Assembly (NCBI GenBank): GCA_963765835.1
Contig: CAVXYF010000007.1
Span: 9,654 to 73,653, forward strand
Direction of reading: 5' to 3'
DNA from: an uncultured Acidobacteriota bacterium
Lineage (GTDB): Bacteria > Acidobacteriota > Thermoanaerobaculia > UBA5066 > Gp7-AA6
Length of the DNA: 64,000 nt
Part shown: one piece after another, positions 18,537 to 28,420 of the stretch
How the letters are laid out: the number at the start of each line of letters is the position of its first letter
Position numbering within the stretch: position 1 is the stretch's first letter
Program-made: the position numbers and the translations under genes
The notes under the pieces: generated by a model
Seen by the model: only the letters and a program-made list of their open reading frames with translations
What the model was told of the DNA's origin: nothing
The model's database searches: none

Positions 18537-19490
18537 CTAGGGCGCCTCGACCGCGACGGCGTCCGCCGGCCAGCCGCCGGACAGGAACTGCTCGACCGCC
18601 GGAAAGTAGACCTCGGGTTTCTCGACGTGGGGGAAGTGACCCACGCCGGGGATGACGAGGAGCCGCGCGTTCGGATTCGCCGCGGCCCACTCGCGCGAGC
18701 CGCCGAAGGGGATGAAGTCCCGCTCCCCGTGGATCACGAGGCGCGGCACCGCGAGAGCCGCGGCCTCGCGGCGATAGTCCCAGTCGCCCATCGAGCCGAA
18801 GAGCGCGCCCCACCAGGGGCCCTGCCGCTCCGCCTGCTCGTTGGGGAATCGGCAGGAGTCGAGCTCCAGCTTCCCGGCGTCGCGTGGATCCGCGACGAAG
18901 GCGACGAGCGAAACGCGCCGATCCTCTCGGCAGTACTCCTCGGGCTTCCCGTCGAACTCGCCGGCCTTGCGCCGCGCCTCCAGCCTCGCCTTCGCGGGAG
19001 CATCGGCGCGCGCCGTCATGGTCTTCATTCCCTCCTCGAGGTAAGGAGTCCGCCGCGGCGTGCCGGGCGTCATCTGCACCAGGCGCGAAACGCGATCCGA
19101 GTGCCGGATCGTGTAGACCGCGGTCATCATCCCGTAGTGTGACCAGCCGAGGAGCTGCATCCGCTCCAGGCCGAAGTGCTTCCGCACGGCTTCGAGATCC
19201 GCGAGCTCGTTCTCGAACGAGACCTTCGCCGGGTCGACCGGGTCGGACCCGAGGCGACCGCGCGGGTTGTAGTAAATGATGCGCCGTCCCCGGGCGAGGC
19301 GATCCAGGCCGGGACTGCCGCTCGGCCACGGCACGACGAGGGTCTCCGCCCCGGATCCGACGATCCGGTAGGCCACGCGAACGCCCGGCTCGACCGTGAC
19401 GAAACCCTCGGGAGCGACTGTTGGGGCCGGCGGCGTGCTCGCGCACGCGGCGGCAAGAAGGATGAAAAGCGCGGCAACGGCGGACTTCAC
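18537..19490 (-). CDS. Alpha/beta-hydrolase lipoprotein (proline iminopeptidase-like)
   Basis: Lipobox LAAAC; GWSHYG nucleophile elbow; HGERD and GHFPHVE. Confidence 0.85.
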   Translation of the reverse strand: MKSAVAALFILLAAACASTPPAPTVAPEGFVTVEPGVRVAYRIVGSGAETLVVPWPSGSPGLDRLARGRRIIYYNPRGRLGSDPVDPAKVSFENELADLEAVRKHFGLERMQLLGWSHYGMMTAVYTIRHSDRVSRLVQMTPGTPRRTPYLEEGMKTMTARADAPAKARLEARRKAGEFDGKPEEYCREDRRVSLVAFVADPRDAGKLELDSCRFPNEQAERQGPWWGALFGSMGDWDYRREAAALAVPRLVIHGERDFIPFGGSREWAAANPNARLLVIPGVGHFPHVEKPEVYFPAVEQFLSGGWPADAVAVEAP

Positions 19491-19677
19491 GGTGTCTCGG
19501 GGGCGGATACGGATTCCATACGCCCGGGTTGCAATGTCCGATGGGCGGAAATGTCAGCGGCCATCCCCGGAAAAATGGATTTCGTCCCTCGTTTTTTGGA
19601 TCGCGGCAGAAGGCGAACCCTTCGGACGGCCCATTCGTACTCAAATGCATGGCTCTGGTAGCCGAACGGAGGACCCG

Positions 19678-20445
19678 ATGAACATCCGCGCCCTGATCGT
19701 CGATGACGAGCCTCTGGCTCGCGAGTGGGTTCGCAGCGCCGTCGCGGAGGACCCCGAGCTGGAGGTCCTCGGCGAGTGCGGCGACGGGTTCGAGGCCGCC
19801 GAGGCGATCCGCCGCCTCAAGCCGGACCTCGTGTTCTTAGACGTGCAGATGCCGGGCCTCGACGGCTTCGGCGTCCTCGAGGCGCTGTCGCCCGAGGAGA
19901 TCCCGGCGGTCGTCTTCGTGACGGCCTTCGACCAGTACGCGGTGCGGGCCTTCGAAGCCCAGGCCGTCGACTACCTGATGAAGCCGTTCAGCAAGGATCG
20001 CGTGGAGGAGGCGGTCCGCCGCGTCCGCGAGCTCGTGAAGGGTCGTTCGCTGGAGGACTTCCGCGAGTCGGTCGCGAAGATCGTCGAGAAGATCCGGCGC
20101 GACCGCTCGTACCCGGAGTGGGTGCTCCTGAAGGCCGAGGGCAAGAACGTCTTCGTCAAGGTGAAGGACATCGACTGGATCGAGTCGTCGCGCAACAACG
20201 TCCGCATCCACGTCGGGCCGACCATCTACCTGCTGCACGAGACGACGTCCGCGATCGCGTCGCGGCTCGACCCCAAGAAGTTTCTGCGCATCCACCGCTC
20301 GGCCATCGTGAACATCGAGCGGATCAAGGAGCTGCACCCCTGGTTCAACGGCGACTACGCGGTCGTTCTCCGCGACGGGACCCAGCTCACCCTGTCGTCC
20401 AGCTACCGCGATCGGCTGAAAGAGTTCCGCCGGTTCGGGACCTGA
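19678..20445 (+). CDS. LytTR-family response regulator
   Basis: IVDDEPLAR, FLDVQMP, YLMKP and FLRIHRSAIVN. Confidence 0.95.
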   Translation: MNIRALIVDDEPLAREWVRSAVAEDPELEVLGECGDGFEAAEAIRRLKPDLVFLDVQMPGLDGFGVLEALSPEEIPAVVFVTAFDQYAVRAFEAQAVDYLMKPFSKDRVEEAVRRVRELVKGRSLEDFRESVAKIVEKIRRDRSYPEWVLLKAEGKNVFVKVKDIDWIESSRNNVRIHVGPTIYLLHETTSAIASRLDPKKFLRIHRSAIVNIERIKELHPWFNGDYAVVLRDGTQLTLSSSYRDRLKEFRRFGT

Positions 20446-20448
20446 ACC

Positions 20449-21693
20449 GTGGGCAGCCCGGGGTCTGAACCTCGAAGGGGGTCAGATCTCGCACAGATCA
20501 GCAGCCCGGGGTCTGATCCCCGAAGGGGGTCAGATCCCGCGCAGTTCAGCAGCCGCTCGCGACGCGAGCGCTGGATCGCCGCAGCCTGGATCGTCGGGGT
20601 CTGGAGCTTCGTGGCGGTTCTCCAGGCCACGCAGCGGTACCTGCGCGGCCGCGAGCTCGAGCCGAACCCGTGGTCGTTCGGCACGGCGCTCGGAGACAAC
20701 CTCTTCGTCGCGGCGCTGTGGGCCGTCGCCACGCCGCTCGTCATGCGGCTCGCGCGGCGCTATCCCTTCCCGGGTCGGTCGTGGCCGGTCCTCCTCGCCG
20801 TGCACCTGCCGGCGAGCGCGGCGGTCGCACTCCTCCACTCCTTCGTCTCGCACGCCGTGTACAAGCTGACGTTCGCGCCGGGCGTGGCGTGGGGCGAGCT
20901 CTTCACGAACTGGCTCCCCTCGGCGCTCGCGACGGGGCCGACGCGGATCGCGACGTACCTCCAGATCGTCGGCGTCACGTGGGGGCTCGACGACTACCGC
21001 GCGTGGCGCGAGGGTGAGATCCGCGCGTCGCACCTCCAGGCGCAGCTCGCGCGCGAGCGGCTCGAGGCGCTGAAGCTGCAGCTCCACCCCGCGTTCCTCT
21101 TCCAGACGCTCGGCCTCTTGCGCGCCACCATCCGGCGCGACCCGCGCGCCGCCGCGCGCACGATCGTCGACCTGGGCGAGCTGCTGAGGCTCTCGCTCAA
21201 GAACGGAGGGCAGCGGCTCGTCCGGCTCTCCGAGGAGCTGCGTTACGCGGACCTCTACCTGCGGATCGAAAGCACGCGGCTGGAGCGAGACCTCGGGCTG
21301 CGGCTCCTCGTGCCGCGCGAGGTCCTCGACGCCGCGGTCCCGAGCCTCGTGCTGCAGCCTTTGGTCGAGGCCGCGGTGGCCGCGGCACACCCGGCCGCGG
21401 TCCGGGTGGAGGTCACCGCCAGCCGCGAGGGGGACCGCGTGACGCTGCGCGTGCGCGCCGACTCGGGGTCCGAGGCGGTCGACGGGGGTCGCGCGGGGGC
21501 GCTCGCGGGGACGAGCGGCGGCGCCATCGCGCGCGCGGAGAGGCGCCTCGACCTCGAGTATCCGGGTAACCACCGACTGGAGTGGAGCAGCCTCGCCGGC
21601 GAGGCGGTCGTGGAAATCCCCTTCTCCCCGCTCGCCGGAGGCGAGCCCGGAGGGGGGGTAGATGCCGGCCGCATGGCCCCGAGAATCGCGTAA
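20449..21693 (+). CDS. Degenerate LytS-type sensor kinase (pseudokinase)
   Basis: TM sensor region; H-box reads QLHPAFLFQTL, N-box QPLVEAAV, G-boxes eroded. Confidence 0.75.
   Translation: MGSPGSEPRRGSDLAQISSPGSDPRRGSDPAQFSSRSRRERWIAAAWIVGVWSFVAVLQATQRYLRGRELEPNPWSFGTALGDNLFVAALWAVATPLVMRLARRYPFPGRSWPVLLAVHLPASAAVALLHSFVSHAVYKLTFAPGVAWGELFTNWLPSALATGPTRIATYLQIVGVTWGLDDYRAWREGEIRASHLQAQLARERLEALKLQLHPAFLFQTLGLLRATIRRDPRAAARTIVDLGELLRLSLKNGGQRLVRLSEELRYADLYLRIESTRLERDLGLRLLVPREVLDAAVPSLVLQPLVEAAVAAAHPAAVRVEVTASREGDRVTLRVRADSGSEAVDGGRAGALAGTSGGAIARAERRLDLEYPGNHRLEWSSLAGEAVVEIPFSPLAGGEPGGGVDAGRMAPRIA
20453..20554. repeat. Two tandem GGGGTCTGA..GAA..GGGGTCAGATC hairpins inside the 5' end of the pseudokinase ORF
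   Basis: 48-nt period, translated as SPGSEPRRGSDLAQIS / SPGSDPRRGSDPAQFS. Confidence 0.8.
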
Positions 21694-22811
21694 TGGCGGC
21701 CCTTTTCCGCCAAAGTGGTAAGTGGAGACCTGACCCCCTCTTGCTGCTGGGGGTTTGGACGGCGGTCGGGCTCTTCCGGGCGGTCGAGCGCTGGACGCTC
21801 GACCCGGTCTCCAGCGAGCGGCTGGAGTTCGGCTTCCCGGAGGCGCTCGCCCAGAACCTCCTCTTCTCCTACCTCTGGGCGGCGCTCACGCCCCTCGTCG
21901 CGACGCTCGCCCGGCGCCACGCCCTCGGCAGCCACGCCCGCGCCCGGGTCTTCGGGGTTCACGCCGCGGCCAGCGTGCTCTTCGCGGTCGGGCACGGCAC
22001 GGCGTTCGCGGTCCTCTACCCCACGCTCATGGGGATGCCGTTCTCTCTCCTGCGGCAGCTCCGCGCGGTCCCCTCCGTGCTCACGATCTTCCTCTTCGCG
22101 AACCTGCTGACGTACTGGGGAATCGTCGGAGTTTGCTGGACGATCCAGGCCCTGCGCCTCTCGCGCGAGCGGGAGCTGCGCGCCTCGCAGCTCGAGGCCC
22201 AGCTCGCCGACGCGCGGCTCGTGCGACTCCAGACGCAGCTCCACCCGCACTTCCTGTTCAACGCCCTGAACAGCGTGCTGCCCCTGGTCTTCCGGGACCG
22301 CGAGGCCGCGGCGCAGACGATCCTCCGGCTGGAGGAGCTCCTCCGGCGCAGCCTCGAGGTGGACGCGGCGCAGCTCGTTCCGCTGTCGCGCGAGCTCGAG
22401 TTCCTGGAGATGTACCTGGAGATCCAGAAGACCCGGTTCCAGGACCGGCTGCAGGTCGCCTTCGACGTGCCGGCGGACCTGTGCGTGGCCCGGGTTCCGA
22501 ACCTGATCCTCCAGCCGCTCGTCGAGAACGCGATCAAGCACGGCGTCTCCGCGCAGCCGGGCTCCGGCCGCGTGGAGATCTCGGCGCGCAGGGAGAAGGG
22601 GATGCTCGTGCTGCGGGTCCGCGACGACGGCCCGGGCCTCGCCGACTCCCCGCGGCCCGGCGGCCCGGGCGTGGGCCTCGCAAACACCCGGGAGCGGCTG
22701 CAGCAGCTCTACGGCGACGAGCAGCGGCTCGACCTGGAGAACGCGCCGGAGGGCGGCCTCGAGGTCACGGTCGGTCTACCGTTCTCGGTGCCCGCCGCCG
22801 CGACGGCTTAG
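21693..22811 (+). CDS. LytS-type sensor histidine kinase
   Basis: QLHPHFLFNALN, LQPLVENAIKHG, DDGPG and GVGLANTRERL all intact; TAATG coupling to the previous gene. Confidence 0.93.
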   Translation: MAALFRQSGKWRPDPLLLLGVWTAVGLFRAVERWTLDPVSSERLEFGFPEALAQNLLFSYLWAALTPLVATLARRHALGSHARARVFGVHAAASVLFAVGHGTAFAVLYPTLMGMPFSLLRQLRAVPSVLTIFLFANLLTYWGIVGVCWTIQALRLSRERELRASQLEAQLADARLVRLQTQLHPHFLFNALNSVLPLVFRDREAAAQTILRLEELLRRSLEVDAAQLVPLSRELEFLEMYLEIQKTRFQDRLQVAFDVPADLCVARVPNLILQPLVENAIKHGVSAQPGSGRVEISARREKGMLVLRVRDDGPGLADSPRPGGPGVGLANTRERLQQLYGDEQRLDLENAPEGGLEVTVGLPFSVPAAATA

Positions 22812-22829
22812 TCCGGTCTTCTCCGTTTT

Positions 22830-22861
22830 CCGTGTCCCGTGTCCCGTGTCCCGTGTCCCGT
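22830..22861. repeat. Heptamer tandem repeat (CGTGTCC)x4
   Basis: Same unit at 31138, 47311 and 53262. Confidence 0.9.
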
Positions 22862-22862
22862 C

Positions 22863-23669
22863 TTAGTGGCGTTCCGCGCGCCACTCGACCCACGCCTGCA
22901 CCGCCAGCGTGACGAGAGCGAGCAGCGTCAGCAGGGACGCGACGGCGAACGCCGCCGAGAACTGGTACTCGTTGTAGAGGATCTCGACGTGCAAAGGCAG
23001 CGTCGTCGTCTGTCCGCGAATGTGGCCCGACACGACCGACACCGCGCCGAACTCCCCCATCGCGCGCGCGTTGCAGAGGACGATCCCATAGACGAGACCC
23101 CACCGGATCTTGGGCAGGCTGACGTGACGGAATGTCTGCCACCCGCTCGCCCCCAGCGTGATGGCCGCCTCCTCCTCGTCGCTCCCCTGCGCCTCCATGG
23201 TGGGGATGAGCTCGCGCGCGACGAGCGGCGCGGTCACGAAGATCGTCGCGAGGATGATCCCCGGCACGGCGAAGATGATCTTGAGGTCGTGGGCCTGGAG
23301 CCACGGCCCCAGGAACCCCTGTGCGCCGAAGAGGAGCACGAAGAGCATCCCGGAGATGACGGGCGACACGCTGAAAGGCAGGTCGATCAGGGTGACGAGC
23401 AGGTTCTTGCCGCGGAAGTCGAACTTCGTCACGGCCCACGCCGCCGCGATCCCGAAGAGGACGTTCAGCGGGACGGCGAAAGCCGCGGCGGTCAGCGTCA
23501 GGCGCACCGCGGCGCGCGCGTCGGGCTCCGAGATCGCCGCCATCCACGCCGCAGCGCCCTTCTCGAAGGCTTTCGAGAACACGACCGCCAGCGGCACGAA
23601 GAGGAAGAGCAGCAGGAACGCCATCGCGATTCCAATCAGGAGCCAGCGGACCCAGCGGGGCTCGTTCAT
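22863..23669 (-). CDS. cysW: Sulfate ABC transporter permease CysW
   Basis: [29 protein letters not shown] and [13 protein letters not shown]. Confidence 0.95.
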   Translation of the reverse strand: MNEPRWVRWLLIGIAMAFLLLFLFVPLAVVFSKAFEKGAAAWMAAISEPDARAAVRLTLTAAAFAVPLNVLFGIAAAWAVTKFDFRGKNLLVTLIDLPFSVSPVISGMLFVLLFGAQGFLGPWLQAHDLKIIFAVPGIILATIFVTAPLVARELIPTMEAQGSDEEEAAITLGASGWQTFRHVSLPKIRWGLVYGIVLCNARAMGEFGAVSVVSGHIRGQTTTLPLHVEILYNEYQFSAAFAVASLLTLLALVTLAVQAWVEWRAERH

Positions 23670-24544
23670 CCGGCGTACCGCCGATTCCGCCTACGGGAGA
23701 GCAGGTTGATCGTCAGAAGGAGCGTGAACGACACGATCAGGAAGACCGCGGCGATCGCGGTCGCGCCGGCGTAGTCGAACTGCTCCAGCTGGATCATGAT
23801 CAAGAGCGGGGTGATCTCCGACTTCATCGGAAGGTTTCCGGCGATGAAGATCACGGAGCCGTACTCGCCGAGCGCGCGGGCGAAGGCCAGGACGAAGCCG
23901 GTCAGCGCGGCGGGCAGGAGCTCCGGCAGCAGGACGCGGCCCAGGATCGTCGGCCTCCCCGCCCCGAGGCTCGCGGCGGCCTCCTCCGTCGCCGGATCGA
24001 GCTGGCGCAATACGGGCTGCACGGTGCGCACGACGAACGGCAGTCCCACGAAGGTGAGCGCCACGACGACGCCGATCGGCGTGTACGCGACGTGGATCCC
24101 GGCCGGCTCGAGGTACCGACCCAGCCAGCCCTTCCCGGAGTAGACGGTCGCGAGCGCGATCCCGGCGACTGCGGTCGGCAGCGCAAACGGCAGGTCCACG
24201 AGGCCGTCCACGATGCGCCGCCCCGGGAAGCGGTAACGCTCCAGCACCCACGCGAGCAGCACTCCGAAGACCGTATTGATCACGGCCGCGGCGAACGACG
24301 CCCCGAAGCTCAGGCGGAACGCCGCGAGCGTGCGCGGCGCGGACACCTTCGCCCAGAGCTCCGAGAGGGGCAGCTGCAGGCTCTTCAGGAACACCGTGGA
24401 CAGCGGGATCAGGATCACGAGGCCGAGGTAGAACAGCGTGAAGCCGAGGGACAGGCCGAAGCCGGGAAGCACTCCACGACTTGGTCCGCGGCGTTCGCTT
24501 CGCGAACGGCGGACAGAGATTTTCAAACCGGAGCTTTCACTCAC
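23666..24544 (-). CDS. cysT: Sulfate ABC transporter permease CysT
   Basis: [12 protein letters not shown] and [18 protein letters not shown]. Confidence 0.95.
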   Translation of the reverse strand: MSESSGLKISVRRSRSERRGPSRGVLPGFGLSLGFTLFYLGLVILIPLSTVFLKSLQLPLSELWAKVSAPRTLAAFRLSFGASFAAAVINTVFGVLLAWVLERYRFPGRRIVDGLVDLPFALPTAVAGIALATVYSGKGWLGRYLEPAGIHVAYTPIGVVVALTFVGLPFVVRTVQPVLRQLDPATEEAAASLGAGRPTILGRVLLPELLPAALTGFVLAFARALGEYGSVIFIAGNLPMKSEITPLLIMIQLEQFDYAGATAIAAVFLIVSFTLLLTINLLSRRRNRRYAG

Positions 24545-24580
24545 GTGAAAAGGTGCGCCGTTGACATTCCTTCAGCGCGT

Positions 24581-25582
24581 TCACCGTCCGCTCGTCGAGA
24601 TCTGATCGAAAATTGCACCGTCCGCGAAGTGCGCGGGCTGCACTTTGGCCCAGCCCCCGAAAGCCTGGATGGTGAAGAGCTGGATCTTCGGGAACTGCGC
24701 GGCGTACTTCGCGGCGACCGCCGGCAGGGTCGGCCGGAAGTAGTGGCGAGCCGCGATGTCCTGGCCCTCCGGCGAGTAGAGGTACTCCAGGTACGCGCGC
24801 GCGACCGCCGCGGTCTTGTGCTTGTTCGCCACCCGGTCGACGACCGCCACCGGCGGTTCCGCGAGGATGCTCACGGAGGGCACCACGATGTCGAATTTCC
24901 CGGCGCCCATCTCCTTCACGGCGAGCAGCGCTTCGTTCTCCCACGCGAGCAGGACGTCGCCGATGCCGCGCTCGACGAACGTGATCGTCGACCCGCGCGC
25001 GCCGGTGTCGAGGATCGGCACGTTCTTGTAGAGCTTCGTGACGAACTCCTTCGCCTTCGCGTCGCTGTTGTACTTCTTCGCGGCCCAGCCCCACGCGGCG
25101 AGGTAGTTCCAGCGGGCGCCGCCGGAGGTCTTGGGGTTCGGCGTGATGACGGAAATGCCGGGCCTCCCGATGTCCGCCCAGTCCAGGATCTTCTTCGGGT
25201 TGCCCTTGCGGACGAGGAAGACGATCGTCGACGTGTACGGTGAGCTGTTGTGCGGCAGCCGCGTCTGCCAGTTCGCCGGGAGGAGCCCCGCCTTCGCGAT
25301 CGCGTCCACGTCGTACGCGAGGGCGAGCGTGACGACGTCGGCCTCGAGGCCGTCGATCACGGAGCGCGCCTGCTTTCCGGAGCCGCCGTGCGACTGCTGG
25401 ATCGTGACGGTCTGCTTCGTCTTCGCCATCCAGGACTTCGCGAACACGGCGTTGAAGTCCTGGTAGAGCTCCCGCGTCGGGTCGTACGAGACGTTCAGGA
25501 GCTTGACCTGGGCTTGTGCGGCGCCAGCCGCCGACAAGAGTCCGGCAGCGGCGAGAAGAGTTGCGGCAAGCGAGCGATTCAT
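24581..25582 (-). CDS. sbp: Sulfate-binding periplasmic protein
   Basis: [24 protein letters not shown] and [13 protein letters not shown]. Confidence 0.96.
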   Translation of the reverse strand: MNRSLAATLLAAAGLLSAAGAAQAQVKLLNVSYDPTRELYQDFNAVFAKSWMAKTKQTVTIQQSHGGSGKQARSVIDGLEADVVTLALAYDVDAIAKAGLLPANWQTRLPHNSSPYTSTIVFLVRKGNPKKILDWADIGRPGISVITPNPKTSGGARWNYLAAWGWAAKKYNSDAKAKEFVTKLYKNVPILDTGARGSTITFVERGIGDVLLAWENEALLAVKEMGAGKFDIVVPSVSILAEPPVAVVDRVANKHKTAAVARAYLEYLYSPEGQDIAARHYFRPTLPAVAAKYAAQFPKIQLFTIQAFGGWAKVQPAHFADGAIFDQISTSGR

Positions 25583-25595
25583 GGAGGGACTCCTT

Positions 25596-26331
25596 TCAGA
25601 ATGAGATCTGGAAGCGGGTGAAGAAGACTCGCTCGTCCGGCCGGTCGCCGTCGGCCGCGCCGCCGTCGAACTTCGTCATTTCATGACTCGTCATAAAGCG
25701 GACGTTCCGGTTCGCCCACCAGTTCACGCCGAGCGTCCACGCGCTGGCGGTCCGAGCGGCGCTCGCCGGGTTGGCGAAAAGCGGGAAGGCGTCGCGGTCC
25801 ACCGCGAGCCGGCTGTAGCGGGCGGCGAGCTCGAAGGCGCCAGACCCCGTTCCGAAGCCGGAGAACGGCTTCTTCGGAGTCACGCCGCGGTACGACGCCG
25901 TCCCGCCGATCACCCAGGACGCGGCGGCCTGCCAGGCCGTATTGGTGAGCTCGGCTCGATCGGAAGCGCAACCGCAGGGCCGGTGAGAAGCGCGCCTCGA
26001 CGTATCCGTCGAAGAGCACGCTCGTGCCCTGGCCGAAGTCCGGCATGACGCGGAAGTCGAAGATCTTGAAGACCGTGCCCTCGAAGATCGGGCGCACGCG
26101 CCGGAGCAGGAACGTGTCGGTGCCCGCCGGCGTCTCCTCCGAAAAGAAGCGGCCGTCGAGCTGGATGTAACCGCGCAGCCGGAGCACGAAATCGCCGTCG
26201 GCCGACTTCCACGAGAAACCGTCCCGGCCGATCGGGGGCGTTTGCTGGGCCAGGGCCACGCGGGACGCCGCGAGGGTCAGCGCGAGCCCGGCGAGGAACC
26301 GCGCGCGTTGGGGGCCAACTTCAAGCAGCAT
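25596..26331 (-). pseudogene. OprO/OprP-family anion porin with a large internal deletion and frameshift
   Basis: N-part DTFLLRRVRPIFEGT..FDFRVMPDFG joins near 25960, out of frame, to C-part AWQAAASW...GAFELAARYS...LGVNW...TRFQISF. Total is only about 245 codons. Confidence 0.8.
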
Positions 26332-26334
26332 CCC

Positions 26335-28209
26335 TCATGCGGTGCGGTGGGGGGAACGGACCACGAGCACCGGGTCCTTCAGGCCTCCCTCGAGCAGGCG
26401 GCGGAGCAGCCCGCGCAGCTCCATCCGGTCGCCGTAACGGGGCAGCGGAGAGCCGAGCACGAGAAGGTCGTGTTTTCCCTCGACCATCTGCGCCCGGATC
26501 TGTTCCTCCGGCTCCCCCGTGCGGACCTGCGCGTCGGCCTCCACGCCCAGGCGGGCGAGCGTCCGAACGCCTCCGTCGACGAAGCGGCGAGCGGCCTCGC
26601 GCGCGGCGGGGTCGCCCTCTCCCTCCGCAACCGTCATCACCGTGGCCTGCGCGCCCAGGTGGCGGGCGAGCCGTCCCGTGAACGCCACGTCGCGCTTGCC
26701 CGGCTCGCCCACCGCGACGCAGACGAGGATCCGAGCGGGCACCGGCCGCGGTCCCGGAACGAGGAGCAGGTGCTCGGCGCCCGCGGCGAGCGCCGCGCTC
26801 GCGGTCTCGCGGCCCTCCCCCTCGTCCCAGCCCAGGACGACCAGGTCGTACGGCAGGCGCGCGGTCTCGTCCGCCACGACGTCGGTGCGGGAGCCGGCGA
26901 CCGCGCGCGTTTCGTGCATCGTGACGGAGGAGCCCAGCTTCTCGACGCTCTCGCGCAGGAGCCGGGTCAGGCCGTCGCCGCTCTCCTCCCCGCGGACGAC
27001 CAGACTCACGCGCGCCTGAGCCAGCCGGGCCATCTCCCCGCCGAGCGCGAGCGCCGCGCGATCGTGGGCGGAGCTGCTCGTCACCAGCAGGAAGTGCAGG
27101 CCCGGGTGGACGAGAGCGTGGATTCGGCGCACGCCGACCCAGGCCCGGTCGCCCGGGCGGAGCGGGGTCCGGCGCGCCGCGTGGGGCGTGCGGCTCGCCT
27201 CGACTAAGAAGTAGTCGCTGCCGAACGGCACCGGCGGCGCGATGGTGCGCACGCGCGGCATGGCCGGAAGCCGGAGGAGGAGTCGCTCCTGCGCCCCGGC
27301 AAAGCTCGCCTGCTCGACGACGCCCTCCCCGAGGACCGGCACGGTGAGCGCGGCCCGGTCCTCCTCGAGCGCCACGTCCTCGGGCCGAAAGAGGGCCTGC
27401 ACCCGCCGGCTCGAGATGCCGGTGGCCTCTTCCGTCGGGAGAGGCAGGTCGAGCGTGCCGACCCGGACGGCGCCGCGCGCGGCCTCGCCCACGAGGAGGT
27501 TCGCCGCGCCGAGGAACGTCGCGACGAACTCGGTCGCCGGGCGGAGGTAGAGCTCGTCCGGCGGTCCCGTCTCGAGCAGGCGCCCGTAGTTCATCACCGA
27601 CAGCCGGTCGCCCAGCTCGAACGCCTCCTCCTGGTCGTGCGTGACGAAGATCGCCGTGATCTTCAGCTCGCGCTGGATCCGCCGCAGCGTCTTCCGGAGC
27701 TCGCCGCGGATGCGGGCGTCCAGGGCGCCGAACGGCTCGTCCAAGAGCAGCACCTCGGGCTCGTGGGCGAGGGCGCGCGCGAGCGCTACGCGCTGCTGCT
27801 GTCCGCCGGAGAGCTGTCTCGGAAGGCGCCCGCCGAATCCGGACAGCTCGACCAACTCCAGGAGCTCGTCGCGCCGGCGCGTGCGCTCCCGCGCCGCGAC
27901 TCCGCGAACGCGCAGCGCGAACTCCACGTTCTGCGACACGGTCATGTGGCGGAAGAGCGCGTAGTGCTGGAAGACGAAACCCGCGCCGCGGGAGCGGGGC
28001 GGCGCATGGGTGACGTCGCGGCCGTGGAGCAGCACGCGGCCGGAGTCCGCCTCCGCGAGCCCCGCGATCATCCGCAGGACCGTGCTCTTGCCGCTTCCGC
28101 TCGGCCCCAGCAGCACGAAGAGCTCTCCGGTCGCGATCGTCAGCGAAACGTCGCTGACCACGGACCGCTCCCCGTAGCGCTTCGTGACGTGCTCGAGCTG
28201 GATGGACAC
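26335..28209 (-). CDS. cysA: Sulfate ABC ATPase CysA fused to C-terminal universal-stress-protein domains
   Basis: GPSGSGKS, LSGGQQQR, LLLDEPFGALD and VTHDQEEA; C-terminal VRTGEPEEQI...HDLLVLGS...PVLVV USP motif. Start placed at GTG 28209. Confidence 0.88.
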   Translation of the reverse strand: MSIQLEHVTKRYGERSVVSDVSLTIATGELFVLLGPSGSGKSTVLRMIAGLAEADSGRVLLHGRDVTHAPPRSRGAGFVFQHYALFRHMTVSQNVEFALRVRGVAARERTRRRDELLELVELSGFGGRLPRQLSGGQQQRVALARALAHEPEVLLLDEPFGALDARIRGELRKTLRRIQRELKITAIFVTHDQEEAFELGDRLSVMNYGRLLETGPPDELYLRPATEFVATFLGAANLLVGEAARGAVRVGTLDLPLPTEEATGISSRRVQALFRPEDVALEEDRAALTVPVLGEGVVEQASFAGAQERLLLRLPAMPRVRTIAPPVPFGSDYFLVEASRTPHAARRTPLRPGDRAWVGVRRIHALVHPGLHFLLVTSSSAHDRAALALGGEMARLAQARVSLVVRGEESGDGLTRLLRESVEKLGSSVTMHETRAVAGSRTDVVADETARLPYDLVVLGWDEGEGRETASAALAAGAEHLLLVPGPRPVPARILVCVAVGEPGKRDVAFTGRLARHLGAQATVMTVAEGEGDPAAREAARRFVDGGVRTLARLGVEADAQVRTGEPEEQIRAQMVEGKHDLLVLGSPLPRYGDRMELRGLLRRLLEGGLKDPVLVVRSPHRTA

Positions 28210-28260
28210 GGCGTACCTGCGGGCGGACGAGCGCATCATCCCAGAGCGAAGCGACTCCCA

Positions 28261-28342
28261 TGTCATCCCGAGAGGAGCGAAGCCAGACGAGGGATCTGGC
28301 GACCGATGGAAGGCCAGATCCCTCGCTTCGCTCGGGATGACA
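28261..28342. repeat. REP-like palindrome
   Basis: TGTCATCCCGAG...GAGGGATCTGGC / GCCAGATCCCTC...CTCGGGATGACA. Confidence 0.88.
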
Positions 28343-28355
28343 GAGGGGCCGAAAT

Positions 28356-28399
28356 AAAAAGCGCCCGGGGCGGTCAGAGGAGAGACCCGCCCCGGGCGT
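28356..28399 (-). terminator. Intrinsic terminator of the receptor operon
   Basis: Minus strand CGCCCGGGGCGG stem followed by a T-tract. Confidence 0.8.
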
Positions 28400-28420
28400 A
28401 AGAAAAGAGCGAGCTGTGGT

